A stretch of DNA of 64,000 bases from an uncultured delta proteobacterium (GCA_963745035.1 CAVUVW010000027.1:128001-192000), one strand, 5' to 3'. Positions 41,996 to 53,720 are shown, counted from the stretch's first letter. Translations and numbers: made by a program. Notes: generated by a model not told the origin, from the letters alone.

Positions 41996-42985
41996 ATGGT
42001 GCGACGATTTTTGGTATTCAATTTGTTGGCGCTGGCTTTGTCCGCGGCGAGCGCGATGGCCGCGGCGCCGGCGAACAAGGTCGTGATTGCCTATTCGGTG
42101 CTGAACGAGCGCGGCACGGGAGCGCTGCTCGTGGCGCGCGATCAAGGATTTTTTCGCAAGTACGATCTCGATGTCAATTTGATTCTCATGCGCAGCGGCG
42201 CGGTAGCGCTTTCGGCGTTGTCTTCCGGAGAAGCGCATTTTTATTCCGGCTCGGCCAACGGCTCGTCGCTCGGTGCCATGGCCGGCGGGCTCGACTTGGT
42301 TTTCGTCGCCGGCTTGGCCAATCAACTGAACGGCACGATGGTCGCCGCGCCGTCGATCCGCGCGCCCGCCGATCTCAAGCGTAAAAACATCGGCATCCAG
42401 AGTATCGGCGGCGGTATCTGGATGATCACCCAATTGGTCCTCGAGCACTGGGGCCTCGATCCCAAGCGCGACGGCATCAATCTGCGCATCGTCGGCGATG
42501 AATCGGTCATGGTCCAGGCGTTGGTCTCGGGCAACATCGATGCGACCTACGCCGGGTATTCCTATGCCACCATGCTCAAGAAGCAGGGGTTCAACATCCT
42601 CGCCGATCTGACCAAGCTCGGCGTGCCGTTCCAGAGCACGGCGATCCTCGCGCGCCGGAGCTATCTGAAAACCTCGCCCGCGACCGCGGAGAAGGTGGTG
42701 CGCGCGCTGGTGGACGCGATCACGTTCATTCAGCGGCCGGCCAACAAGCCCTCGGTGGTGGCGACGTTGACGAAGAATCTGCAGATCGTGCGGCCCGAGG
42801 ATGCCGAAGAGGGCTACGAAGTGATGAAAAACGTCTACGACCGCCGCGTGTTTCCCAACATCGAAGGCATCAACAACGCGATCCGCCTGCTCGGCCTCAG
42901 CAACGAAAAAATCCGCCAGCTCAAAGGCGCGGACCTGGTCGATGACGGCATCGTCAGGAAATTGGAGAAAGAAGGAATCTTTTAG
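41996..42985 (+). CDS. ABC transporter substrate-binding protein (NMT1/TauA family)
   Basis: Signal peptide, DQGFFRKYDLDV, DLKRKNIGI, LEKEG. Confidence 0.85.
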   Translation: MVRRFLVFNLLALALSAASAMAAAPANKVVIAYSVLNERGTGALLVARDQGFFRKYDLDVNLILMRSGAVALSALSSGEAHFYSGSANGSSLGAMAGGLDLVFVAGLANQLNGTMVAAPSIRAPADLKRKNIGIQSIGGGIWMITQLVLEHWGLDPKRDGINLRIVGDESVMVQALVSGNIDATYAGYSYATMLKKQGFNILADLTKLGVPFQSTAILARRSYLKTSPATAEKVVRALVDAITFIQRPANKPSVVATLTKNLQIVRPEDAEEGYEVMKNVYDRRVFPNIEGINNAIRLLGLSNEKIRQLKGADLVDDGIVRKLEKEGIF

Positions 42986-42996
42986 TTTAACAACGC

Positions 42997-43052
42997 GTTC
43001 AACTTACGAAGGCGTTCAAACCGTTCAAAACGTTCAAGTAGTTCAAATCGTT
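42997..43052. repeat. 9-nt GTTCAAnnn tandem repeat element (copy 4)
   Basis: GTTCAA...GTTCAAACC GTTCAAAAC GTTCAAGTA GTTCAAATC GTT. Confidence 0.75.
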
Positions 43053-43107
43053 TTCGGACTCGGTTGTCGAGGCGGCCTGGAACTTCCGCGAAATTAACTC
43101 ACTATTC

Positions 43108-44415
43108 ATGCGACTCGAGATGGCAGAATTTCCGGTGCGCCGAATTCGACTCGGCGGCGCGTACCGTTATCAAGACGGCATTCTGGAAATTGACGGCGAC
43201 GATCTTGTCCGGCGGGTATTGGAAGATCCGCGTATCCGGATGGCCAAATTCGACGTCGTGACGCCGGGCGAGTCCGTGCGCGTTACCGGGATTCGCGATG
43301 TGGTCGAGCCGCGGGTCAAGCTCGGCGGAGCGGCGCAGGTGTTTCCCGGTGTGCTCGGTCCGGTGGCGGCGGTCGGCGGCGGGTTGACCCATCGTCTCTC
43401 CGGCATGGCGGTGCTCGCGACGGCTTCGTACGAGGGAACGGTGCGCGCCGGCACGGGCGTGCAGCGCAGTGCAATTCTCGACATGTGGGGGCGCGGCGCA
43501 GAAGCGTCGCGCTTCAGCTCGCTCATTCACCTTGTGCTGATTCTTGAGATAAACGAAGGTCTCGGTGAGCTCGAAGCGCACAGCGCGATTCAAACCGCCG
43601 AGTTCGAGGTCGCGCGAAAGCTCGCTGAAACGACGGCGGGCCTTGAACCGGCGCGAACGGTCCTCTACGACCTGAGCGACGGCGCCGAGCGGCGTCCCCG
43701 CGTGGTGCTGATTCAAGGCTGTATCACCCAGGCGCAGCAGCCCCATTCCGGCATCGGTTACTATGGCATGCCCATCCGCGAGTCGCTGCCGACGGCGATC
43801 CATCCCAACGAGTTGCTCGACGGTGCAGTCACGCCGAACACCACCCGAGGCATCGGCTATTATCCGACCAGTTGGGACTGGCAGAATCATCCGCTGGCGC
43901 TGGGGCTCTACCGCGAGCACGCCGCCGGCCGGCTGAGCTTCGGCGGCGTGATTCTGGAGCGCATCTCCTACGAAACCCATCAGGCCAAGGAAGTGGTGGC
44001 GCACAACGCGGCGCAGTTGGCGCGCAGCCTCGCCGCCGACGCGGCGCTGATCACCTGGACCGGCTCCGGCAATGCGTTCGTCGAGGTGATGCTGACGATT
44101 CGCGCCTGCGAGCGGTTGGGCATCAAAACCGTACTCGTCACCTACGAGTACGGCGGCAAGGACGGCGTCGATTCGCCGCTGCTCTTCTATGCCGAAGAAG
44201 CGAGCGCGGTGGTCAGCACCGGCAGCCGCGACCGCTGGATCGATCTCGCCGCGCCAGAAAAAGTCGTCGGGCCGTACGACGCCATCCGCGTCCTCAGCTA
44301 TCCGGGCGCGCCGTCCGCTCCGGCGCTCTCCGCTCTCACGCTTGACGCGCGCGATATGATCATCGGCGGCGTGGACAACTGGGGTGGCGGCGCCTGGACT
44401 TGCCGGGCTTTCTAA
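43108..44415 (+). CDS. GrdE/GrdI-like component B proprotein, copy 2
   Basis: Colinear paralogue of 40596-41900 (e.g. shared GVQRSAILDMWG, LVTYEYGGKDGVDSPLLFY). Confidence 0.85.
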   Translation: MRLEMAEFPVRRIRLGGAYRYQDGILEIDGDDLVRRVLEDPRIRMAKFDVVTPGESVRVTGIRDVVEPRVKLGGAAQVFPGVLGPVAAVGGGLTHRLSGMAVLATASYEGTVRAGTGVQRSAILDMWGRGAEASRFSSLIHLVLILEINEGLGELEAHSAIQTAEFEVARKLAETTAGLEPARTVLYDLSDGAERRPRVVLIQGCITQAQQPHSGIGYYGMPIRESLPTAIHPNELLDGAVTPNTTRGIGYYPTSWDWQNHPLALGLYREHAAGRLSFGGVILERISYETHQAKEVVAHNAAQLARSLAADAALITWTGSGNAFVEVMLTIRACERLGIKTVLVTYEYGGKDGVDSPLLFYAEEASAVVSTGSRDRWIDLAAPEKVVGPYDAIRVLSYPGAPSAPALSALTLDARDMIIGGVDNWGGGAWTCRAF

Positions 44416-44621
44416 GTTTCTCGACCCTTCCCGTCCGTGTGAAATCTTCGTGATCACCGCGCAGGCGGGCGATCCGAGCGGGATTTTTGTACCCGATTGT
44501 CTGCCTATGGCCTATAATAGCCGCGGCTCCGTAAGGTCGGCCAACTCTCTAAATTGTCATTTTCAACGACACCATCGGAGGATCGTTATCGATCCGCCGG
44601 GAGGCAACCGAGGAACTGATC

Positions 44622-47600
44622 ATGGCAAACAACATTCCGCTCAAGCTTCAAGGCACTCCGATTGCCGATCCCGGGTTGCCGGCCGCGCTGCGCGCGGCGA
44701 CGCGCGGCGCCGCCAAGGCGAGCGAATTCCTGCCGCCGGGCTATCTGAAGGTCGATGCGGCTTTCGATCTTAGCGCGCGCGCTCGGTCCACTCCCGGCGG
44801 CGCCGTGGAGAAAACGATCCAGGCTGGAGACAACCAGGTCGTCGTCCTTGAGATGGCCGACGGCGTCACCGTCATCACCAGCGCAAAAAAATTACAAGAG
44901 TCGCTGCGGCGCATCGATCCCGCCGCCATCGAAGCCGACGGCACGGCAAGATTAGCCGCCCTGCGCGAGCGCGGCGAGGCCAGCCGCGGCATCATCAGCG
45001 ACACCGTCGGCGATCTGGTATCGCGGGTATTCACGGTGACCGTCGGCGATAGCGCCGATCCGATTATCGATGCGGCGAAACGCAAGGCCGCCGAATGGCT
45101 GGGCGAGAAGGCCGAGGAGAAGATCCAGGCCTATTCCGAGCTCGGTGTCACCTGGCTCGGCACCAAGGCGCTCATGTGGGCGATCGAGAGCCGGCTGGAC
45201 CGCAAGCCCGGACTGTATCGCTGGCCGCGCGGCATGGGCGAGGCGGTAGACCTGTTGAACGTCGACGCCGACGCGCTGGCGGCGGACGCCAGGGAAGGGC
45301 CGCTGCTGATTTTTATTCACGGCACCGCATCGTCGAGTACGGGCAGCTTCGGCGATTTGCAGAAAGTCGGCCACGAAGACTGGCAGGCGCTCGAACGGAA
45401 GTTCGGCGACCGCATCTACGCCTTCGAGCATCTTACGTTCTCGCAAAGCCCGATCGAGAACGCCATCGAGCTCGCGGCCGCGCTGCCCGCGGGCGCGCAG
45501 GTGAACCTGGTGACCCACTCGCGCGGCGGCTTGATCGGCGATCTGCTCTGCCTGCGCAGCCCGGCCGATGAGCTGATCGAAAACTTCCGGTCCGATTTAC
45601 CGGAGCCGGGCGAGGTCTTGGAAGAGGAGCGCGAGCGCATCAAGAAAGAAACCGAGAACGCCCACGCCGAACAGCAAGGACAGCTCCGCGAGCTGCGCGC
45701 GCTGCTGCAACGAAAGCAGCTCGCCGTCCAACGCTACGTCCGCGTTGCCTGCCCGGCGCGCGGCACGCTCCTGGCTTCGGGCAATTTCGATATTTTTCTT
45801 TCCGCGCTGCTGACCGTGATCGGCCGGGTGCCTTACCTTTACGGCAATCCGATTTACTACGCGGTCAAGCGCATCGTGCTCGAGATCGTCAAAAACCGCA
45901 CCAATGCCAAGCTCGTGCCCGGCATCGAAGCGATGCTGCCCGAGTCTCCGATGGCGCGTTTTCTCGCCGAGGCTGCGCCGCAGGAATCAACCCGGATCGC
46001 GGTCATCGCCGGCGATATCGAAGGCGGCGGCCTGCTCAAGCGCTTGGGCGTGCTCTTCACCGACTACGCCTTTTTCAACGGCGTCGACAATGACCTGGTC
46101 GTCGATACCGACGCCATGTACGCCGGGATCGCACGGAAGGCCGGCGGGCGCGCGCTTTTCGACCAGGGCCCGACCACGTCGCACTTCAGTTATTTTCAAA
46201 ACGACGACACGCGCGCGGCGCTGCGCGATTGGCTGATCGCCGACGGCGTCGAGCAGTTGGCCACGTTCAAAGTTCTTCCTGGTGCGCGTCCCGAGCGCAG
46301 CTTAGCGGAAGAAAAGGCCCATGCGGCCGAGTTGCGGCGCAGCCGCGGCGGCGAAGCAGCCGAGGCGATCTTGCCCGTGGCGGTCGTCCTCCCGGGCATC
46401 ATGGGCTCCCATCTCTGGCGCAACGAAAGCGAGCGGGTGTGGTACCGCGTTGCCGGCTTGGTGGTCGGCGGCCTCAGAAATCTCGCATGGGGCGAGCGCA
46501 CGGGCAGCGAGAGCGGCGACGGGATCACGGCGGAAAAGCTTTTCGACGATTCCTACGGCGACCTGTGCGATCATCTCATGGAAACCCACCGTGTCGAACG
46601 CTTTCCTTACGATTGGCGCTTGCCGCTCGACATCCTCGCCGATCGCCTGGAGAGATTTTTGCGGCGGCTCTTCGAGGAAACCAAAAATCCGCAGCGGCCC
46701 ATTCGCATCCTCGCTCACAGCATGGGCGGCCTGGTGGCGCGCGCGCTGATTCACAAGCTCGCCCAGCGCCAAGACAATCTGTGGGACGATCTCATGGGCC
46801 GCGACGGCGCGCGCTTTATCATGCTCGGCACGCCCAACCAGGGTGCGCACTCGATGGTCGAGGCGCTGATCGGCAAGTCGGATACGCTGCGCAGTCTCGC
46901 CCGCATCGACGTGAGAAACGACCTGCAGAGCATTCTCGACATCATCGGTGAATTCCGCGGCGCGCTGCAGCTCCTGCCGAAGCCCGGATTTGCCGACGTC
47001 GGCGACGCCCAGTTCGACGATTATTTCACCGCTGGCGCGCTGGAGCGCGTTCAAAGAAGAGATGAAGGATTTCTGGTTCGGCGACAAGGTCGCGGCGGTG
47101 CCGACCGCCGCCGCGCTCAGCCAAGCCAAATGGCTGTGGGAGCGCGACGGCGTGCTGCCGCCGGCGCTGCCGGAGCGCCATAAAGACAAGACCATCTACG
47201 TCCACGGCTGCGCGCCGACGACCGCCTGCGGCATCAAGAAAATCGACGGCCGCTGGAAAATGGTCGGCACCGTTCGAAGGCGACGGCACGGTCACCTGGA
47301 AGTCGGGCGCGATAGACGGCATCGGCCGGCGCTATTACATGCCCGCGGTGCACGGCGATCTCGCCGCCGCCGAGGAGTATTTCACCGCCTTGGACGAACT
47401 GCTGCGCACCGGCGCCACCGGCGCGTTGATGGATCGACCGCCGGAAACGCGCGACGCCGAGGCGGCAGAACCGCGAGCGTATGAAGCAGGACCGCCGCGC
47501 TACCCCATGCCCGAAGAAGCGGCACACGCGCTGACCGGCGTGCCCAAGCGCAAGCGTCTCGCCGAGCGCGCGGTGCCGACCTTGAAGGTCGCGGTGAAGG

Positions 47601-50600
47601 CGATGGATCTGCGCTTCGTCAACCAGCCGATCATGGTCGGCCACTACGAACAGGACGCAATCTCGGGCGCCGAGTCGATCATCGACCGCGAGCTGGTCGA
47701 TAACGCGCTGAGCGAGCGCTACAACCTGGGACTTTACGCCGGTCCGGTCGGCACCGCGGTGGTCGTGCTGCGTCTGCCCAACGAAGCGGAGCGACTGCGC
47801 GGCAGCTCCTACGGCGCGGTGGTGACCGGCCTGGGCACCTACGACGGCACACTGGCGGCCAACCGGCTCACCGAGGCGGTGCGCACCGGCGCGCTGCGCT
47901 ACCTGCTCCAGTATTTCGATTGCAGCGGCGTGGGCTCTGGAGAGATCGGCCTCAGCACCCTGCTGCTGGGCTACAATTCCAGCGCCAATCTGACCATTCA
48001 AGCTTCCGTCGAGGCGCTGGTGCGCGGCGTGGTGGAGGCCAATCGCAAGTTTGCCGACGCCACCCGGCAGACTCTGCACATCGGCTCGCTGGAGATCATC
48101 GAGCTTTATCTCGATACCGCGATCTCGGCGATGCGCTACTTGCGCGCTTTCGCCGAGAAGTCCAACGGCGAGGCGCGCGGCCTGGGCGTTCGCTTGGAGA
48201 TTCCCGAGGAACTGGAACAAGACCGGAGCGTGCGGCCGAGATTGGACGATAGCCGCGCGGTCGGCCATTGGCCGCGCATGATCATCACCGACGCGGACCG
48301 TAATGAAGAAGAATGCCCGCCGGAGTGCTATGAGCGCCTTTTCCCGCCTGAGAGCTACGACGAGGGTGAGCGCGAGGATGAAAACGCGGGCGGCGAAACC
48401 AAAACGCCGGCGCGGCTGCGGCGGCGAACCGCGCTCGCCGAGCGCTTGAAATTCGTCCACGTCGGCCAGCGCGCGCGCGCCGAGACCATCGTGCAGCAGC
48501 GCCAACCCGGATTGGTGGAAAAGCTCATTGCCCAACAGATTCTGGAAAAAAACTATCGCCCGGATTTCAGCCGGACGTTGTTTCAATTGATGGTGCCCCA
48601 TGAATTCAAAGACGCCTCGCGCCAGCTCGATCGCATCGTGCTGGTGGTGGACGGATACACTGCGAATTTGCCTTGGGAGCTGATGCTGGCCGAGGACGAA
48701 CCGCTCGCGGTGCGCTCGCCGATGATCCGCCAGCTGGTGTCGAGCAAGTTTCGCCGGCAGGTGCGCCAATCGCTGCAGCCGCTCGCCTACGTGATCGGCA
48801 ATCCCTCGACCGCGAACTTTTATCGAAGCTTTCCTTCGCCGGACCGCAGGCCGTCCGAAGGATTGGTTTCGCTCGCCGGCGCCCAGGAGGAGGCCGAAGT
48901 GGTGGTCGAATCCTTGCGCCGCTACGGCTACGAGGTGGAGCAGTCGATCGGCGCGGAATATGATGCGCTCAAAGTCATCAACCCGCTGTATCAAAAACCT
49001 TATCGCATCGTGCACATCGCCGCGCACGGCGTCTTCGACGAGCGCGCGGCGGACGGCAAGAGCCGCAGCGGCGTGGTGCTCGCCGACGGGCTGCTGCTGA
49101 CCGCCGCGGAGATCGGCCAGATGGAGATCGTGCCCGATCTGGTGTTTCTCAACTGCTGCCACCTCGCCAAGGTGGACGCCCAGCCGGTCGCCTACAACCG
49201 CCTGGCCTACAGCATCTCGCGGGAACTGATCGAGATCGGCGTGCGCTGCGTGGTCGCTGCCGGGTGGGCGGTGGACGACGATGCCGCCTACACGTTCGCC
49301 GACGTGTTCTACCAAGGAATTCTCCACGAAAAACTCCAGTTCGGCGACGCCGTGTTCGCCGCGCGCAGGGAAACCTATCGCAAGCACGGCGGCAGCGTCA
49401 CCTGGGGAGCCTATCAAGCCTACGGCGACGCCGGTTGGCGCATCGACCCGCGCGAAGGCTCGGGGCGCCGGGGGCGCGGCAGCGCCGACTTTGTTTCGCC
49501 GGAGGAATTGATCGACGGCATGAGGGGAATTCGCACCGGCATCTTCCAACGGCGCGAGGCCCTGACCAAGCCGGCGGCGCGCAGCACCGCAGCGCAGCTC
49601 CAAGTGCTATTGCGCCGCGGTCCAAAGAACTGGCTCGACGATCCGGCGGTCAGCTTCGAACTGGCGGAAACCTACGCGTCGCTCGGCGCGGAATTTTTCG
49701 AGGAGGCCTGCAAACTGTACAACGTCGCGATCGCCGCCGAGGACAGGGCGCACCGCGTGCCCATCACCGCCATCGAGCAGCTCGCCAATATTGAATCAAA
49801 GCTCGGCGAAGAGATGGGCGCGCCGGATTTGATCGACCGTGCCATCGAGCGGCTTTATGATCTGGACAAAGTCGTCGCCGGGACCGTCGATTACGGCTCC
49901 GGCCGGCGCATCGAAGCAGCCGCATCGAAGGCCAACATCGAGCGCCAGTCGCTCGCTGGCAGCGCTTACAAGAGAAAAGCCGCCATCTTCGCGCGCCAGA
50001 TTCTCGATCCGCGTACGCCGGATCGGCAGGAGTCGATCAAAAAGTTCGAAGAGGCGATCGGACAGAGCATCGAGGCCTACAGAAATGCCTCGGGAGCCGA
50101 GAACGAGGCGCGTTTCGATCCGTATCCGGCGCTCAACTGGCTCGCGCTCCGGGCGCTCGACGGCGCCTACGACCAAGGTGTCGCCGTTTGCGTGCTGTGC
50201 GGCAAGAAGGCCACCGAAAAGTTCATGCGCGCCGCCAATGTTTGGAATGCCGTGATGGCCGCCGAAGCCTATCTGGTCCAAACGCTATGCGACGGCAGCC
50301 TGGGCCGACCGCGCGACGCGGGCGATCAAGCTCTCGAGGAAGTTTGGCGGCGCTACCGCGATGCCTTTGCCAACGTCCGCTTTGCGCCGAAGGACCTCGA
50401 CGCGGTGACTTTACAGCTCTGTCTGCTGGCGCTGTTTTTCGAAGCGAAAAGCGCGACCGGCACACAGGCCGCGCGCAGCAGAGCCCACGGCGCGGCGGCG
50501 CATCGCCTGCGCCGGCTCGCCGAACGAATCCAGCCGGGAAGCTGCGAGGATCCGACGCCGCCGGCGCGAGTGGAAACGGCGCGGGAGACCCTGCCCGAGC

Positions 50601-50641
50601 CGGCGGCTCCCCGGCGGCGGGCAAGGCGACGGCGACGGTAG
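44622..50641 (+). CDS. ~2005-aa protein: two alpha/beta-hydrolase (lipase-like) domains + CHAT caspase-like domain + TPR-like C-terminus; +1 frameshifts near 47035 and 47275
   Basis: IHGT/THSRGG; LPGIMGS/YDWR/AHSMGG/LGTP/GDGTV/HGDL; HIAAHG and FLNCC; LAGSAYKR, YPALNW. Confidence 0.8.
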
Positions 50642-50710
50642 CCGCGACAGCGCCGCACGGTTGCGTCGGCAGCGACGCTCCTTTATGGTCGCGGATCATA
50701 GAACGTGGCG

Positions 50711-51442
50711 ATGTCAGAAAAAGCGAAACAGATCATTCCCATCGGCGGCGGCGGGTTTTATCGCGACCCGGAGAACCTCGCGCTGGAAAAATATGTGATT
50801 GCCCAGACCGGCGCGCAAAATGCGCGCGTCGCCTTCGTGCCGACGGCGAGCGGCGAGCCGGACCATTACGTCGCGAGCTTCTACGCGGCGTTTCTGAAGC
50901 TCGGCTGCCGGCCGTCGGTGCTGACGTTTTTCAAGCGTACCCCCGATCTGCGCTCATTTTTGCTGAACCAGGATGTGATCTACGTCGGCGGCGGCAACAC
51001 CAAGAGTCTTCTCGCCGTGTGGCGCGATTGGGGCGTGGATAAGATTCTGCGCGAGGCGTGGGAGTCCGGCATCGTGCTCACCGGCGTGAGCGCGGGGGCG
51101 ATCTGCTGGTTTGCGCAGGGGGTGACGGATTCGTTTGCCGACGGCCTTTGCCCGCTCGACTGCCTGGGCTTTTTACCGGGGAGCTGCTGCCCGCACTACG
51201 ACGGCGAGCCGCAGCGTCGGCCGTCCTATCACGGACTGCTCGGCTCCGGCGCAATCGCCGCGGGCGTCGCCATCGAAGACTGGACCGGCGTTCACTTCAA
51301 GGGCGCGGAAATCCATAAGGTCGTGAGCTCCAAGCGCGGCGCTCGGGCCTACAGCATGCGCGCCGCGCACGGCTCGGTGCAGGAAGTCGCGCTGCCGAGC
51401 GAGTTTCTCGATGCCGCCGCGGCGGAGAATCGAGCCGACTAA
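50711..51442 (+). CDS. Peptidase E (S51) family
   Basis: FVPTASG, YVGGGNT, GVSAGAICW, CPHYD. Confidence 0.88.
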   Translation: MSEKAKQIIPIGGGGFYRDPENLALEKYVIAQTGAQNARVAFVPTASGEPDHYVASFYAAFLKLGCRPSVLTFFKRTPDLRSFLLNQDVIYVGGGNTKSLLAVWRDWGVDKILREAWESGIVLTGVSAGAICWFAQGVTDSFADGLCPLDCLGFLPGSCCPHYDGEPQRRPSYHGLLGSGAIAAGVAIEDWTGVHFKGAEIHKVVSSKRGARAYSMRAAHGSVQEVALPSEFLDAAAAENRAD

Positions 51443-51463
51443 CGGGATCGAGGCGGGCGTGCA

Positions 51464-51922
51464 ATGGCGACGCTAAAAAAGCGCAAGAGAATGCCGATCG
51501 TCGGCGCGGTGATGACTTCTTTTCCCTATTTTGTCGACGTCGAGGAAACCGCGACGAATATGGAGCGCATGATGGATGAGCACGCCATTCGTCATCTGCC
51601 GGTGCAGGACAAGGGCGCGGTCGTGGGTATCGTCTCGGAGCGCGATCTGCACCACCATGTCAAGCGCGAAGCGCCCAAAACGGAAAAGGATAAAATTCTC
51701 GCCCGGCAGATCATGATTCCCGATCCTTACATCGTGCCATTTCGCGCGCCGCTCAACGAAGTGGTTTTCGAAATGTCGCGGCGGCGCATCGGCTCTGTGC
51801 TCGTGCAGCGCGAGGGCAAGCTGGCGGGAATTCTCTCCGCCATGGACGTCTGCCGCGTGTTCGGCGAATACCTGGAATCGATGTTTCCGGGCGGCAAGCG
51901 CGGCGGCGATTCCGCGGCATAG
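51464..51922 (+). CDS. CBS domain pair protein
   Basis: IRHLPV...VGIVSERD; IGSVLV...GILSAMD. Confidence 0.85.
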   Translation: MATLKKRKRMPIVGAVMTSFPYFVDVEETATNMERMMDEHAIRHLPVQDKGAVVGIVSERDLHHHVKREAPKTEKDKILARQIMIPDPYIVPFRAPLNEVVFEMSRRRIGSVLVQREGKLAGILSAMDVCRVFGEYLESMFPGGKRGGDSAA

Positions 51923-52008
51923 CGCCACGGAAACTCTCGGCACGCCCCTAGACGTTCGGGATCAGTTCAGCGACGAAACGGGTTTATCGAATGGAGACTT
52001 GTGGGTTG

Positions 52009-52074
52009 AGTTGAACGCCGGATCTTCATGCGCGCTCACGACCACGGCAACGGAGAAACCATCGGCGTTCAACT
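52009..52074. repeat. 12-bp perfect inverted repeat, 42-nt spacer, between convergent genes
   Basis: AGTTGAACGCCG ... CGGCGTTCAACT. Confidence 0.6.
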
Positions 52075-52103
52075 TACTTCGTCCTGCGAAATTTGGCAGA
52101 GGG

Positions 52104-52493
52104 CTAGAGATCGTAGACCGGCGTGTGGATGGCAACGTGCTCGCCGCGGGCGATGGCGCTGACGATATCGGCGCGGCTGACGATGCCGACGACGCGCTCG
52201 CCGCGCATCACCGGAACGCGCTTGATCTTCTGCATGGTCATCAGGCGAGCGATTTCCTCGACCGCGGTGTCTTCGCCGACGCTGATGATTTTCTTGCTCA
52301 TGATCGCTTTTACGTCTTTGCCTTTCTTCGCGACGATATCGGCTTCGGAGACTACGCCTAGAATCTTGCCGTTTTTTCCCGCGACCGGCGCGCCGCTGAT
52401 CTGATTCTTGATCAGCGTGGTCGCTAAATTTCGGATGGTCATGGTGGGAGGAACGGTAATGATGTCACGGGTCATGATGTCTTTCGCCTGCAT
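52104..52493 (-). CDS. CBS domain pair protein
   Basis: AKDIMT, ISGAPV, GVVSEAD, IKRVPV, GIVSRAD. Confidence 0.88.
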   Translation of the reverse strand: MQAKDIMTRDIITVPPTMTIRNLATTLIKNQISGAPVAGKNGKILGVVSEADIVAKKGKDVKAIMSKKIISVGEDTAVEEIARLMTMQKIKRVPVMRGERVVGIVSRADIVSAIARGEHVAIHTPVYDL

Positions 52494-52515
52494 GGTCTCT
52501 ACCTCCGCATGTGTT

Positions 52516-53529
52516 CTAAAGTCCCTTGTCGGCCATCAATTTCGCCAGGTCGCCGACGCGACAGCTATAACCCCATTCGTTGTCGTACCAGGAAAGAACT
52601 TTGGCCATCTTGCCTTCGAGCACGACGGTCGACAAGCCGTCGACGATCGAGGACGCTGAATTACCACGAAAATCGGTGGAAACCAAGGGTTCGTCGGAGT
52701 AGCCGAGCACGCCGCGCATCTTGCCCTCGGCGCTTTCCTTGAGCGCGGCGTTGATCTCTTCGGCACTGGCGGATTGTTTGAGATCGGCCACCAGATCGAC
52801 GACCGAAACCGTCGACGTCGGCACGCGCAGGGAAATGCCGTGGAGCCTGCCTTTAAGCTCGGGCATCACCAGCCCGATGGCTTTGGCGGCGCCGGTGCTC
52901 GTCGGCACGATATTCATCGCCGCGGCGCGCGCGCGGCGCAGATCTTTGTGCATCAGGTCGAGGATTCTTTGATCGTTGGTGTAGGCGTGGGTGGTGGTCA
53001 TCAGGCCGCGCTCGATGCCGAAATGATCTTGCAGAACCTTTGCGACGGGCGCCAGGCAGTTGGTGGTGCAAGAAGCGTTGGAAACGATGTGGTGCTTGCG
53101 CGGATGGTAGTCGGCGTCATTGACGCCGAGCACCACCGTGATGTCTTCGTTGGTGGCCGGCGCGGTAATGATCGCCTTTTTGGCGCCGGCTTCGAGGTGC
53201 GCCCGTACCTGTGCGCCGTCGGTGAACACGCCGGTCGACTCGATGACGATATCGACGCCCAGATCTTTCCATGGCAAGCGGGTCGGATCTTTTTGGTTGA
53301 GAACGGCGACGTTGTTGCCGTCGATTTGCAGCACGCCTTCGCCGACGGCGACCTTGCCCGGAAAAACTCCGTAGTTCGTGTCGTAGCGAAACAGATGCGC
53401 GTTGGTGTGCAGGTCGGCCATGTCATTGACGGCGACCACCGTCAAATCGTCGCGGTGGCGCTCGTGCATGGTTCTCAAGGTCAAGCGGCCGATGCGCCCA
53501 AACCCGTTGATTGCAATTCTCGTTGCCAT
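52516..53529 (-). CDS. gap: Type I glyceraldehyde-3-phosphate dehydrogenase
   Basis: [27 protein letters not shown]. Confidence 0.97.
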   Translation of the reverse strand: MATRIAINGFGRIGRLTLRTMHERHRDDLTVVAVNDMADLHTNAHLFRYDTNYGVFPGKVAVGEGVLQIDGNNVAVLNQKDPTRLPWKDLGVDIVIESTGVFTDGAQVRAHLEAGAKKAIITAPATNEDITVVLGVNDADYHPRKHHIVSNASCTTNCLAPVAKVLQDHFGIERGLMTTTHAYTNDQRILDLMHKDLRRARAAAMNIVPTSTGAAKAIGLVMPELKGRLHGISLRVPTSTVSVVDLVADLKQSASAEEINAALKESAEGKMRGVLGYSDEPLVSTDFRGNSASSIVDGLSTVVLEGKMAKVLSWYDNEWGYSCRVGDLAKLMADKGL

Positions 53530-53720
53530 GGAAGTTCCTTTGAAGTTGGATCTGAACGTAATGAGACGACTTTATCTGACGCCATATTCATGCCGGACAG
53601 AAGATCATTTGAAAACTCTAGCTCTCGCGCCGCGCCTTCTCAACCTTGAGAAAACTTTCCAGCGCCTTCTTAGATTTAAGAAGAATGGCTGGTTTCAGTT
53701 CTGGTTTCAATGCATTTTGC

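Noticed and set aside
47234-49603. 789-aa antisense ORF and similar long shadow ORFs (e.g. 19780-21093, 43102-44457, 17486-18496)
   Set aside because: They lie opposite well-supported genes, have no motifs, and are expected in GC-rich DNA.
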